A DNA stretch of 64,000 bases, taken from NCBI GenBank assembly GCA_011109175.1, contig RDEW01000062.1, forward strand, positions 124,001-188,000, read 5' to 3'. Shown in pieces: positions 26,901 through 40,439 of this stretch. Numbering within the stretch: the stretch's first letter is position 1; the number at the start of each line of letters is the position of its first letter. The notes under the pieces are model-generated. The model was given only the letters and a program-made list of their open reading frames with translations, had not been told where the DNA came from and ran no database searches. The stretch comes from Dicyema japonicum (taxonomy: Eukaryota; Animalia; Dicyemida). The translations under genes were made by a program, and so were the position numbers.

Positions 26901-28986
26901 TAGCTGATATTAGGAGGTTAAGTTTGAATTAAAGATTTTCTTTGTTAGAAGTGTGTTTTTATGTTAAAACCTTCTGTGATGAACTGGGAGACGGCTCCCA
27001 CATAATTGCTGTGGAACGTTCAAGTATTGGCAGAATAAGGAAGTTTAACATTAATACCAGTTTCTCAAGCAGTTTTGACAAGGTGGTAGATTATTTTTTG
27101 GTGTTCCCGGCTTGAGAATTGGTATCAATGCCTGAGGCCTTACGTGCTTGAGAGTCACAGAAACTGGTGAACATAGAAATTTAATAGACTTGTCCACATC
27201 ATGGGGTGCGAAGAATGTAGTATAAGGTTTCTACTGTGAACTACATTTTTGACTCACAAAGAACGAGATAAATTTTGTTACTGGTCGACACAAAATATTT
27301 CATAAGTTTCTTTGCAAGTTTGAGTTTGGGTTCCGAGGTACTGAAAAAACGGTTTGCTCTTCCATCACATTATATTTTACTTTCTTTAGGATTTTCCAGA
27401 AATTAGCACAAGAGTGTTTATGACAAAGCCTTCTAACCAAATGGTCCCATATGAGCTTGTGGTTGGTCCCTGATTAAGTGGGTGATTCTTGAATTTAGAA
27501 TTTAGGAAGAAGTAACAGCCTCACCGTGCTACTGTCTCCTTTTTATGGGTTTCGTTCTCTAATAAGCAAAATGGCGTTGGATGGCAGTTTAGGGTTAAAT
27601 CTCATATACGATGAACGTGGAATAAATAATTTATTCTATTCCATAAATTTTTTGATAACACCTTTGCTGCATAATCGGTGGAACATTCACGTGTGAAATC
27701 AGATATCCGATTGTCCACATAAGTACTGAACCCAACACAGTCCTCCTTCGAATAGTTCTTCAATCTTGTAGAATATCGATGAACACAAAGAGGACCCCTG
27801 ACTCGTAATACAATAAGGTCGTGGCGACTTGAAAATCCATAGCAAACAGTACATGAAATATGTTCTGCTAAAAATGGTGAACACAACGACATGTTTGGAG
27901 AATTGGAATTATTTTTTTCTACGGATACTGATCGTGGTATGACATCCTGGGTGTTAAGAATAATTACTTCGTCCGTAGAGATAGGAATATACTCTCCGTG
28001 ACTGTCGGTTGATTGTGACACAAACTGACATGGATTTTTTTGCTTTTAAGTCGCCGCATAATAACAAATCCTTTAGTCCACAATCTTGATAGGCTGTGAA
28101 TATAGAAGTCGTACAACTCCTTAAAGTGGGATATAAATATTACACAGTGAAGTACATCTCGCTGGCGAAAGAAGCTACTTCAATAAAAATCTGTTCAAAA
28201 ATATTATCCCCTGCACAGAGAAAATACAAATCAAGCGACGTCCGTTAATATAAGTCCTTCCTTAACAATTGTCAATAGTCCTCCACCGAGACATCTTGTC
28301 CGGTTATGCGAAGTACAAAATAACCTAGAAAACAGAGGATGGTGGATGTTCGAGAAAGTTTCAATTCCAGGATGAGGGCAATGTTCATTTTCGATTAGGC
28401 TAAAAGGGAACGTAGTTCAAACACTTTTTATTGCGGATTCTACTGAAATTTAATTGTAGAATTATCTGCTTAGAGCAGAGACTCAGATTAGGTACTATAT
28501 CGCCAGAAAAAAGGGAAATTGATAGGTCACCCTTCCAAAAATTGTAGAGGGGTAGCGAATGTTGAAACGGTTCTTTTCCATGCAAAACTTGAACTGAGCG
28601 ACACCACAACAAATGAACTACATGATACCACGCTTATAGGACAAATTAATGATAGAGAGTAAATTAAGGGTGACAATAAAATCATTCCATTTTTGTGTTT
28701 TAAAATAAGAATTGTCAATTTTTTAAATATCTCAGACACGACGTTTTTTAACAGAAAAGTGACCTCAGGCTTAAATACAGCCTTGTGCAAATGTTACCGA
28801 CAGGGTCAAGTAATTCATAAGATAAGCAAAGATGTTACTTTTGTTTGATAATTTTTATCATTTTTAAAAAAGAAATATTCTTTTTAAATTTTTAGCTCAA
28901 CTAATCTATTTTTTATTTTCTAATTATACATTTTTTTTAATTAAAAAATTTTTATTATTGTAAAATTATTATCTTTTTTTTAACAA

Positions 28987-29180
28987 TTAAACAAATATCA
29001 GTTGAGGAAGCCTGCTGCGTGGATTGCGAACGAGTTCCCTCGGAGTATGGCTATTCCAATCTTTTGTCTTAGGCCATAGCCCTTCTCGTTGATCCCTTTT
29101 CTTTCTGGCAAGCAATCCTCCGAGTTCTTGCAAGAATTCAGCCGTCATTGGATACATTAAAAATGAGATTTTTTCGCTTT
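28987..29180 (-). mobile_element. CRE-like 3' end fragment
   Basis: EFLQELGGLLARKKRDQREGLW then QKIGIAILRGNSFAI in an adjacent frame. Confidence 0.65.
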
Positions 29181-29199
29181 TTACTTTTTTTAACGAAAA

Positions 29200-29530
29200 A
29201 CAAACCCGTGCATATGTTACCGCCACTTTACTCAAAATTCAAGATAAACCGAGATTTTTGTTAAAAAATTGTAAAATTAATATTTAGAAGTTCTTCTTTT
29301 ATTGCAAATAACTTCGTCATTATTTTAGGCATGGATTTGTATAATAATTGTATATATTCATTGTCCATACTGTTCCAAATATTTTGAGCGGTTATCAAAA
29401 GTTCTGAAACTGTTTTTGGACTTTTATCTGCTTTACCTATCCACGACGCTACTTTTTTAACAGAATTTGAAAAAAACGTGTGATTCTCTTGGGATTTACG
29501 CGTTGAGGAGGCTTCTACCAACTATAGAAG
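29200..29530 (-). mobile_element. Tc1 transposase C-terminal fragment
   Basis: ORF 29261..29521: PKTVSELLITAQNIWNSMDNEYIQLLYKSMPK. Confidence 0.7.
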
Positions 29531-29591
29531 GAAACAATCAGATTCGACTAATGCAAAAATAATTTATTAACAAAAAAAAAACTAAGAATCA

Positions 29592-30088
29592 TTATTTTTT
29601 ATTAAAATAAGACGAAGAATGAACAAATCCGTAAAGAATGCCCAAATTAACGGCCACAGGGAAACCAATAGAATGTTTTACTTTTTTAAACAGCACAAAA
29701 AATAGACGAAAATATAGCAAACATAACCACATTTCTATCAACACTTCGATTCACAGGATTGGATCTGTATTTGTAACAAGAATTATAGAAGATTTGATCA
29801 CTTTCATCAAAAAACATTGGAAGAGATATTAAAGGCGACAGAAGACCAGCTCCCACAGCCGATTCTAGTGCCAAATAAGATAGAAGTCGGAAATGATAGC
29901 GTATATTGGTTAAGAATCCGAGTTTTAAAAATAGAGTAAATTGGACCGCATATTAAACTTCCTGTAACAACTCCAAATTCAAGTGATTTAAAAAATGTGT
30001 TTATGAAATGCTCCAAACGAGGATAAGTTATGTAACCAATTTCATTTTTTCCAAATTCTTTATTTAAATAATAAAGATACAAGTCCAT
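29592..30088 (-). CDS. Small multi-pass membrane protein of unknown family; two apparent +1 frame breaks
   Basis: Three consecutive frames give YPRLEHFINTFFKSLEFGVVTGSLICGPI, AVGAGLLSPLISLPMF..YNSCYKYRSNPVNRSVDR and GFPVAVNLGILYGF..*; flanked by AT-rich gene-boundary blocks. Confidence 0.5.
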
Positions 30089-30174
30089 CAACAAATAGTT
30101 AATTTTCAAATATAATTAATTATTGATAATTTAATTAATGAAAATTTTAATAATTATATTAAGAACTCGTAATA

Positions 30175-31000
30175 AATTTTCGACGTGGATCGCCTCCTCG
30201 CGGCAAAATTTGGATGTTATGTTTTACATACAAAATTTATTTTATTTATTTTTAAAGATCTACGAACTTTTGCCCATGGGATCTTTTGGCTGTTCTCAAG
30301 GGAGCGCTCACACCCTTCTCCGTCTCTTACTCTCTCCGGGGACATCGAACTTAATCTGGGTCAATCGAATACCTAACACTTCCAACTAAATATTAACGGA
30401 ATCTTGCGAAAATCAGATTAGCTGATGGATTTTTTATCTTTTCATGACGTGGGCGTTGTTTTAATATAGAAAACTCAATTTTAACCATAACGTAAACTCC
30501 TCGATTCAAAGGATACTCATCCATTCACATGGATCGTCCTAGTGGAACGAATGAGGGAGGAGGTTATCTCACTTGTTCGTGACAGTATCCCCTTTATTGA
30601 CACAGCCGAATCAACACACTCCACATTTCTATCTGATGCCCATCTGGAGCTCACCTCGTATTGATAAAAATCAACAACGTAGCGTACGCAATCGTCAACC
30701 TATATATCCCTCCTCCCAGTTGCTCCAAATTGTATCAACCTGACCTCTCTTGGATCTCGTCCCTGAAGAACACAATCGTGTGCAGGAACTTAAATCTCAG
30801 GAATCATATATGGTCTGTCGATGTAAACTATGTCTCGTAGTCCTAAATGACCCGCACCAATACACCCGTACTGCTTTACGACCAGAAGATTCTAAAATCT
30901 CCCCCAATTGGATTATCTCCAAGAGATGACCTTATCCACTACGAAAGTCTCGCGAATGTTCAGATTAGGACAAACGTTGCCAATGGGAAAGGCGTCAGTC
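30175..31000 (+). mobile_element. Decayed LINE 5' part: 2A-like peptide followed by AP endonuclease
   Basis: LLRLLL-SGDIELNLGQ (30315-30364), then FQLNINGI..K..LMDFL..DV.V.I (APE motif I) and IVNLYIPP. Confidence 0.65.
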
Positions 31001-33130
31001 GGACATAGTGCATAGGACACCTCTTTAATCCGCTGCGGCTTTTTTATTGGAAGGAACATGATCACATGGACGAGAAGAAGTCCGGTGATTTGTTATAACT
31101 CTCAACAAATAGGACATTTCGCATAACAATGCAAGGAGAAGTGTTTCCGCTGTGCCGGGGAACACGACATTTCCGACTGTAAGATGGATCCTTGATGGAG
31201 AATAAACTACGTCAACTCCGGATCTTCCAAACACGAGGCTAGGTATGGAGGATGTCCATGTTAATAACAGCTAGACAAAAACTGTATACTCGCAACAGTA
31301 AACCGGAAGCAAGACAAATGGAAAAGACCAAACTCAGATGTAACACGGAAACACTACCGAGAATAAATATGCTCTCAGAATCTAAGACACGGGCAGAGAG
31401 GGGTAAAAGAATAGCCGTCCCTCGAGAAAGTAACCTATCAGTTTGACAGACCCGAAGTAACATCACAGAAAAGATCTCCCGAGAATCGGTCAGGCAGACA
31501 CGAGGTAACATTCTTGAAAAGGTCTCCCAAGAATTTAGAGATATAATCTCAAGACCGAAAGAGTTTAGTGCTATCCTAGAAGTGGATTTAAACAAAATGA
31601 TTGACAGCAATGGAGACCCCCAAAAAGTCACTTAAAAAGCAATTGAAGAAAGATCTGAAAATAGTGTTGGTGAATGCCCTATTCCTAAGAAAAAGGCATC
31701 GCGATCTGACACTAATTGCGACGACCACAAAGGTTGATGTTTTGGTGGTCAACGAGACAAAAGCAAAAAAATGATACTCACTTTATGGATGGGTTCTACT
31801 CCATAAATATCTCATCGCGATCTGACACTACTTGCGACGACCACCAAGGTTGATGTTTTGGTGGTCAACGAGACAAAAGCAAAACAATAATACTCACTTA
31901 TTGGATGGGTTTTACTCCATAAATATATCATGGGAGGAAGGTACTATGGCTGCCACGGGAACCTTCCTCTTCTACCGTGATGACTTAAAAGTGCGGAATC
32001 CTAACATTGTCTCGGGCTTGCAGTGCGAATTCGTGTCCATTGAAATACGCTGCTGCGAATTATGGATGAACGTTAGGGGATCTATATTTGAAAGACATTA
32101 GGAACTGTTCTACAGACATTAGCAAATTCTTTGAGCAAAATACGATGGCTACACTGGTGGGTGACCTAAATGCTAAGAAGGTGAGCTAAGGGTGCTACAA
32201 AACGGACGACGACTGAAGATCTTGGCCGAGAATGCTGGCCTTGAAGTCATGCTATCGGATTAGCCAAACCACTTCTCTCACCATGGCGAGACATGCTTGG
32301 ATTGTTCCTTGTATCACCGCAACTACAGGCCTATGTGTAGAGACCATGAACTATTGGATGGTCTTAGAGATGCTGAGAAGGAAATCAAGACGGCAATCAA
32401 AATATTCAAGGCAAATGGTCCGAAATTTGACTTCATCAACACGATAATGTTCAAGGAAGATCCGGAAGCCTTGCTACTTGTTCCACAGAATTTGTTTGAC
32501 ACAAGGATAAGTATGGGCATATTCCACAACGGTGGAAGAATTTGACTGTAAAAATAATACCAAAGCCAGAAAAGTCAGGGAGTGACCCTTTCAACTATAG
32601 GCCGAACAGCCTTATATGCTAAGATTATTGAGCAGATTATCTTCAAGAAGCTGTGTCATATAAAAACGGTTTCCTCCTCGCAGAACAATGGAGATTCCAT
32701 ACAGGAAAATCCTGCATTGATTGTATATACCAAAAGTAAATGGTTTATTAAGAGGGATAAGAAAGCAAAAGACAGATGAACCTGGTGTGCCTTGATATTT
32801 CCAAAGCCTTTGATAGTGTTTGGAATAAAGCTCCCATATCAAGGCTAATGTTAGCGGATATTCCAAGATACATGTTTGTATGGCTGAGGAATTTCCTAAT
32901 TGGGAAGATATCTCAAGTGCGTATTGGAGGACTCGCGTCCCGCAGGGCTCTGTCTTAAGCTCCCTTTTGTTCAACGTATTCCTATCAGACTTCCAGATCC
33001 CATCTGATCGGAATTCAAAATTACTTATATACGCGGATGAAATCTTAATAATGGACATGTCTGGTAAGTCAACCCTATCGGAGAGGAGGCTCAAGAAATA
33101 TATTAATTATGTTCAAGACTAGTGCGACCG
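31000..33130 (+). mobile_element. Jockey/I-like LINE, decayed (ORF1 knuckles, APE, RT)
   Basis: ICYNSQQIGHF and CFRCAG.H knuckles; LVGDLNAK; LDISKAFDSVW; VPQGSVLSSLLFNVFLSD; LIYADE. Confidence 0.8.
31697..31930 (+). repeat. Tandem duplication of about 115 bp inside the LINE endonuclease region
   Basis: catcgcgatctgacacta..gcgacgacca..aaggttgatgttttggtggtcaacgagacaaaagcaaaa..atactcactt..ggatgggtt..actccataaata occurs twice. Confidence 0.9.
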
Positions 33131-33474
33131 GTGAGGGATGAATCTCGCATTGTGGTTCAGATTCAAACAAGAAACTTAATGGATTTCCTTAATCCTACCC
33201 TGTTTAACATTTTCTTGTCGTTTTCTCTTTCAGTCAATGTGAACTAAAGTGGCTGTCTAAACGGATAATATCGTACTCTGGGACCACTTGTGGAGATCAG
33301 TGTCTGAGGATGTAAGCCGCTGTTTCGATAACAGAGGGCTCAGGCTGAGACCTGAGAAGTACAGGTTACTAGTTTTTAACACCTAGAGTGATCGTCAATA
33401 TGTCTCCTGTATCGGTCACAGAAAAGATAAATTATTTGTGGGTTACTTTCTACTCAATCGCGACATACTTTATT

Positions 33475-33800
33475 TATTAACCACCGGTTTACGATCTTGG
33501 TAAACCTAGCAGAAACAATCACAACTAATTAATCCAAGGAAGGAAACCAAGGGAGGACATTTGCTTGTGTGGACCAAATTCATCCTCCTATACTCCATTA
33601 CAACCTTCCGTTTCAGAAGAGAGGTGAAGTAGGTTCACCCTCTTGCATTTTCATCGCACGTTCTACCGTCGTTGACATCACTTCATTCTTCAGCGCAAGT
33701 GATTTTTTTATAATGGTAATCTTCACCAGTGGAGTTGGTCAGGAAGATGGTAGGAAGATCCCTTTAAACAACTGTGTGGTACCAAATGGACTCGTCGCCT
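33475..33800 (-). repeat. Dispersed repeat family B, copy 2
   Basis: Aligns by eye with 52010-52250 and 18590-18730; minus strand ends in ggttaataaataaa. Confidence 0.75.
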
Positions 33801-34435
33801 CACGGGTGGAGTCTGTTTGACGAGAATTGATCTTCAATGAATAATCCATCTTTCAAATTCGAACCCACTACTGTCAGATCCGATGTCACCAGACACATTC
33901 AGCAAGAAGACTGGCCAAGAGTTTATGCCATATGGTAACTAACTCATCTCCTCTACCTACCCCAATAATAATTCTAAAGCTCTAAACATATCTATCAATC
34001 CAAAATCAAGCATTTCCCCGAGAGAAAAAAGATTAAAATTAGTTGAAGGTTCAAGGTTAGGGAACCACAAAATGTAACCAGTGACACATGCGAAGGTGGT
34101 GGGCCATGTGACAAATTAATATAAATTTTAATGATTCTCACTAATTACATAACAAAACATAGAAATTAAAACATTCAGGAATTGATAAATGACTAATGAT
34201 TCCCTTGTTATTTATCGAACCACGTTTACTCAAATTCCTTTAAATTGAGCCAAACAGGATTATAAGCCAGACTTTTATTCATCGATGCTTTCTCATTTCC
34301 AAAAGTTTGCCTAATGACAGCAATTTTCCTCTCTTTTATTTAATTACGATTTTTGGTCTTCAAATAATAAAAAAGACCACAAAAACATCAAAATACAAAT
34401 AAATAAACCAAATTTGAAAAATCAAAAAGAATCAA

Positions 34436-35618
34436 TCAAAAATTAAAATAAGCCGCAGCATAACTAACTGAAGAATCACGATAAGAGGTGATCCTACTAG
34501 ATTGGTCATACTTAACAAACTGAAGCTTCCCCTGAGAAGCAGTTTCACATTTTCTGATTGTCTAAAAAAGTAATACATCATCTACAACATGTAATAAAAC
34601 AAGAATCGGATTCCTGCCACATATCGTGTTGCCAGTTCGATTTAAATATTCATTGAATGAATCAGGATTCAACTTCTCAATTAAATCCATCCCCTGTTTT
34701 AAGCAAAATTTTAACCTCTCTATCCATGGATTCAATTGATTGCCAAATATCTCCAATCCTGCGATCATAGGGAGTGAATATGAACCGATCTCCTGTATTA
34801 AAATAAATTTGTTATAAATATTAAAAAATAACCAAAAATAAATTTAAAGTAATAAAAAACTTAAAATAAAATAAATAAATTTAAAATCTAATTAATGCAT
34901 GTTGGGAGCTAAATTTCCCACTTACCCCAATGACAAAAATCCGAAGAAATTACAAACAAATTTTGCTTATCTGCTAAAAATGGCGACAAAATCTCTGAAA
35001 TCTCATCCAACGACGTGGAATTACAACTCCCAACCATAATGGGAACGATTTTTATATTTTTACTAAAGCTAGAATAAACAAGTACCCTTCAAAAACTTTA
35101 AAAATAAAAGGGAATTGCATCTCCAACGAATGCTCCGCCATATCTTGCTTTAGATTTAATTCTTTGAATATTTTTGTACATTTTAGATTTTCCATAACTT
35201 AAGTAAAAATAATCGCGACTTTCCAAATCAACCTCAAGGTTGCCCATTGGAGTTTCTATGACATTGGCTGGAGAAAGAGCGCATCCACTAAAACCACAAT
35301 GATGACTTGGTCCAAGCACAAAAACGCGAGAACTAAGAGTTACATCGAGACCAACATTTCGTTAGGATTTATTTGTTTGTAGGCGAATCCTGCACACGGA
35401 CCGCTATAGCTATATCCGGCGTGCCTTTAACGTACATAATGAATTTATACGGAGTTATTATTGCACGAGATGAGTTTGTGAAACATTTAGCGTTATTCAA
35501 AAAATTTTCTAGCTGATTTGAGAGAAGATTAGCTTAAGTTTAGGTTATGCTCCTTACCTTCTCCATCATACCATGAGCCGGAATGTCTTGCTTTTCGAAC
35601 CAGTACATCAAAAGTCAT
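34436..35618 (-). CDS. MEMO1: MEMO1 (UPF0103) protein, multi-exon
   Basis: [63 protein letters not shown]. Confidence 0.95.
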
Positions 35619-36399
35619 TAGATGTAATCAATTATATTATTTAATTTAAATACTTTTTGTTATTAAGAATATTTTAAAATTATTCAATATCTTAATTGAA
35701 AGTTCAATAAACCAATATTCAAAAATTTTAATGAATAGTTTTGTTGGTTAGTTAGTATTTGGTAGAATGATTGAGGCGGCGAAATAGTTTTGGTTCATAA
35801 TCGCTTGTAAACTTAATGTCTTCATCTCTTTAATGTAATCTTAATCCCTCTCTTAGACTCGTTAGACATCGGATGCGAAAACTTTCTTATATAGAGAAGC
35901 ATGAGATCACTAATATTTAAACTCGAATTCCGCCTGACTCAAATTGAAAGATCTCGGATATGCCTGTTTTGAGGAGGAACAAGGAAATTATTCGTTAGTT
36001 ATTAATTCTCGAATGTTCTTTTAATATGTCACGGCCCAATGGTGTGTCTCGATTGATACCAGATTATTGTTTCAAAAAATGACGGCCCAATGATATCAGA
36101 TTTTATTTCGAAGAAATGAGTATATACTACAAACTGCCAATCTTAGAAACAGACTTTTTGCAAAATCCTTCTCAGATTACCAGATACTACGTTACTCACA
36201 TAAATAGCAGATTATCATTCTATAGCCAAATTATTTCTTGTAACACCATTTTTTGTGTTCTCTACCTCACTAGCTTTTAGTAGGCCAGTTGTCTCCAAAC
36301 AAGCAGCAACTATAGCTGGACACTTTCACAAATCTCTGATAGTCAACGGTTGACCCGGAAAGGAAAAAACTTAACATAGAATCAAAAAATGGTACTGGG

Positions 36400-38470
36400 A
36401 AAACAGCCAGGAACCCGATTAGTCCCTAATGAAGAAATATCTTTGAACTGAGTTGAGCTAAGGTACTCCTTGTTCCTCCGTCGAACGTGAACTTCAAGAC
36501 ATCCACAATGACGAAGATTTCTGCCAAAAATGATAATTATAAAAATTTGCTAAAAAGGTATTTGATATTGAAACTCCATAAGCCCATGAGGCACAAGCAT
36601 ACTCAACCGTCGGTTTTAAAAGTTGATTGTACAAGACGACATATTCACTTGACGGCCTGGACTTTAAGAACGATTTCATTATATTCAGTTTCCTGAGACC
36701 CTTTGTCATAATGTTCTTCACATGTTGAGAAAATGTCATTAAAGGGTTGAAGGTCGCTCCCAGAATAATTGGATGAATCTGTAAAGAGTCTCCATATATG
36801 CTCAAATGTAGTGTACATTTTTATTCTGTCTGCGATGAAGATAGTATACGTTGATTTATCCCTGAATATGGAGAAACGATTCAAATTCAACCATATCATC
36901 AATATGTGACTGAAGCTCTGATTTTGCCATATCCACGTATTTACTCCTACTAGCGATAATTAAGTCGTCAGCATTTGTAAGAAGCATTGAATCTGGCCCT
37001 CCAGGGTAGGGTAAATCGTTTAGGAATAAATTGAATAGAGCCAAAAAGAGGAGTGATCCTTGAGAGACGGCATTTGGTAGAAGACGGGACCTCGATCTTG
37101 CATGACCTATACAGACACGTGAATATATAGAAAGCTATACACAAAAAATGAATAATGTATAGAAAAGCTGAACATTTTTTTAACTGCTGTTTTGCTGAGA
37201 ACGTAAGAAGCCCTTCGACTTAAGCATCCATTTGATATTATTATAGGCACGTACGCGATGCCAAGATCATGACAAAGCATGTACAACACGAAAAGTTAAC
37301 AATCTAATTAACGTCCCCCATCTTTTTCGATCCGTTGCCATGTTCCGTAGCGTATCCTGAGATCTTCATCTAGAATAACCGGCAGTGTTGTCCTCGGCCG
37401 GCCGCGGAAACGAGAAGCTTCTAAGACAAAATACTCCTCCATTGCTATGTTGGCAGGGGTCCCCATATCGTGGCGGAGTATGTGTCCAAAGAGCCTCCAT
37501 CTTGAATCAGTAATCTCACATGATATTGGCTCAGTTCCTGTTCTCTTGTATAAGATTTCAAACTCCTCCGATATTTTTGTCTCTTGGAGACATCCGATTG
37601 ATATCTTGTATTTTGAAAGGTCTTCACAAAGTTCTTTTCTTTTCCATGCACTAGAGAGTCCTTTGACATTGAACGTTAAAAGAGAGAAGTCATTTAGGTT
37701 GCAATTTTCGTGTTTTTTCAGACATACTTTTCAAATCCATTTGATAAATGTTTGTAAAATTATGCCCGAAGCGAATATTTTTTGTGCTATTACGAGAAAC
37801 TTGGTAATCGACAAGGACAGTGTCTTCCATAAAATTATTGAATTAATTTTTCATGTTAGTGGAGAGATTCCAATCATGGGCTCAATAGAAACCAAGAGCG
37901 AAAGAAGCAAAACTTAGTCTGATCGAATAGTAGCCCTCGAAGTCCTTATTGGGATTTTGTGAAGAGTAGAGTGAAATCTTCTATCCGGAAACTGTAGAGG
38001 TGTTGTTCAATAAAATATGTGAATGCGTGTCACACTGCACGTGAGAAGTTGAAGATGGTTTTTTTTGTGAACCAGGGGAAGGACTCTGAGATGTTATGCA
38101 AAATATTGCTACCCGGGATATGGTTTCTGATCAGTGTAATAAGGCCACCTCCCTCCAATGACTTCTGTAAGGTCTGAAAACTGAATATCCAGGAATAAGA
38201 GTCGATGAATGACAAACTCACTAAACTTCAGCAACAATTGACCAAATTCAAACGAATAGTGAAATAAACTGGAAAAAGCAATTTGACGAGAAAAACTTGA
38301 CTTGTGTGGATCCTGAATCCGAGAAGCTGATGGCAGACAGTAATCCGTCGACCAGGGGCGCATGTTCTTTCAGTGGAAGAGAGCTAATGGTTTTTTCGGG
38401 ATGCTTTAAGAGCATTCTGAGCGCCTCCAGAATTGTTGATCCGGTGAACCACATGACGTCACGCTAATTT
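36400..38470 (-). mobile_element. Decayed Jockey/I-like LINE; it continues at about 40157-40380 beyond the inserted CRE copy
   Basis: ALFNLFLNDLP..NADD, ILGATFNPLMTFSQHV, LKPTVEYAC; APE-like GGGLITLIR near 38150. Confidence 0.7.
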
Positions 38471-38475
38471 TAATG

Positions 38476-40149
38476 GCAGAAGCAACTAAATTAGACGGGG
38501 AATAAGTATCAACACACGTCGCGTCCCAGATCAGGTTCGTCCGTTGGCGAATGGAAAAGTCGTCATCCCATCAGGGCGTTTTCCATCGTTTCGGGAAAGA
38601 CCAGCAGGTTCTAACAGGCAATGGTGTCCAGCAGAGGCAAGGGAATTCTTTAATGTCATGTTAAGACAGGAGTGCCTGGGGAAACGACCCGCACTCATCT
38701 TGCATGACAAGGGATGATAACCAAAAGGATCGATCCAACGTCCACAGCGGCATTTTCTTTCGGCACACAATTTAAGACCAAGACGAAGCGAGGTAGCTAT
38801 TCTCACAGCCTCATCATCCAACAGGTTTCCAATTTCGGCAGATGGATAAGCGTTCATCCAGGCCCCCGTCGAGTGACAACTGGCTGTTTTGAGGCAGGCA
38901 AGCCTTCTTACATCTTCCGTCTTTTCAAGGGACTCTTTCTTCTTTTCGAAGACACAAAACAAATAGGACTTTTGCTTATCACAATTGGCCGGAGCATTCA
39001 GGTACAAATTCATCCATTCATCCCAGGCTCCCGACGGCGTCAGCGGTACGTTTAGTCCGGAAGTAGAGTGAAGGACCGTATCCACTAAACGCCTTGACGA
39101 GCCGAACGAAGATAAATAGGCGCCCAAAGCAACGTCCGAAGGAAGAGAAAGACCCAAACCACCGCAGGCTACAGGGAGTGAGGCCTGTAACCATCCGAAA
39201 TCATCAAAACGAACATTAAGAATGGACCCCATCGTCGACCGGATATCCATATCAATTAACGATAGAAGGTCTTTTTCGGCGTAGCATGGGGATCCCCGTA
39301 GAATAAAAAGGAGTTTTGGGAGAAGGAGACAATTCTTCAGCATAAAAAAGGCGACATGACGGTCCAAAAAACTCATCCTGTCGGCATACTGACGTAAATT
39401 AGTCCTCTTGCCTTCCAATAACTCCCTCACCCGGTTTACCAAAATCCCACACCCAAGGAAGTCGAGAGAATCAATATGAGTCTCCCTAACCCCTGGGATG
39501 ATATCGCAGAGTTTTCTATGAAAAAGGTAGAATGAATCGGAACTCAAATTCAGATTAATTGCTTCGCACTTTTCATTGTTAAATTCCAGACCGATTTTTC
39601 CACACAAACTTGATCGACGCAACTTTGGAGAGAATATCATCGGGACTTCCACCGAGAATACAATCGTCCAGATACCAGACGTTTAGTAGAGTGCAACGGT
39701 CCTGGGCAATATGGTCGATAGACAAGGAAAATAGAAGAGGACCGAGTGGGTCCCCCTGTTGAACTCCGGATCCGGACGAAATAATTCCACTGCCAAAAAC
39801 AAGAGGGGATGGATCCGAATACGCGAGATATACAAAGGGATAAATCTGAGGAATCCTCCTCCTACAGGTATCAAGAACGGTGTCCCTTCTGACTGAATTG
39901 AAGGCATTCCGGAGGTCCAATTTGAATAAAAACTCTGTCCTGATCTGGGACGCGACGTGTGTTGATACTTATTCCCCGTCTAATTTGGTTGCTTCTGCTT
40001 CAGACCCAGGACATGCTTCAAAGCAGGCCGAGGAACGAAAGAGGAGGAAGTACCAGAGAATTTCGGAGGAGTATCTTTTTGTTCCATTCGCGGTGGAAAC
40101 GTCAGGAATCCTTGGCCCCCAAGCAGATGAGTTGGTTCGTAAAAAAAAA
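38476..40149. mobile_element. CRE-like retroelement copy with inverted 5' part (38476-39938, minus) and sense 3' part (39939-40149, plus), A9 tail and 7-bp TSD
   Basis: LDLRNAFN, GVQQGDPLGPLLFSL, WYLDD and DGKRPDG on minus; LIWDATCVDT..FVPFAVETSG on plus; tttaatg at both 38469-38475 and 40150-40156. Confidence 0.9.
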
Positions 40150-40439
40150 TTTAATGTGAAATACACAATTCTTTGTGTTCCTGAACTCTGTAATACGTGG
40201 TCCAAAAAATGATGATCGACCGAGTCAAAAGCTAATTTCACTTGGATCCAAGTCGAAGACGAGTTGTTCTCTTTCGTTGGTTCAAGTATTTGTTGATGAT
40301 GGCTTGTTCTTTCGCGCCTTGACACATTCTTCGGCTTCCCAGTTGATTATCACTTATCAAATCGTATGATTCAATAAATTCTAACTATTTTTTGTTCACA
40401 CATTTTGTCAATAATTTATGTACATTAAGCGTACAAGTG

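Noticed and set aside
27602-28021. 139-aa minus-strand ORF
   Set aside because: No recognised domain; the surrounding frames are stop-ridden, as in TE decay; needs BLASTx
35515-35540. gagaagattagc resembling the U6 snRNA core
   Set aside because: Antisense to a MEMO1 exon/intron junction; the rest of U6 is absent
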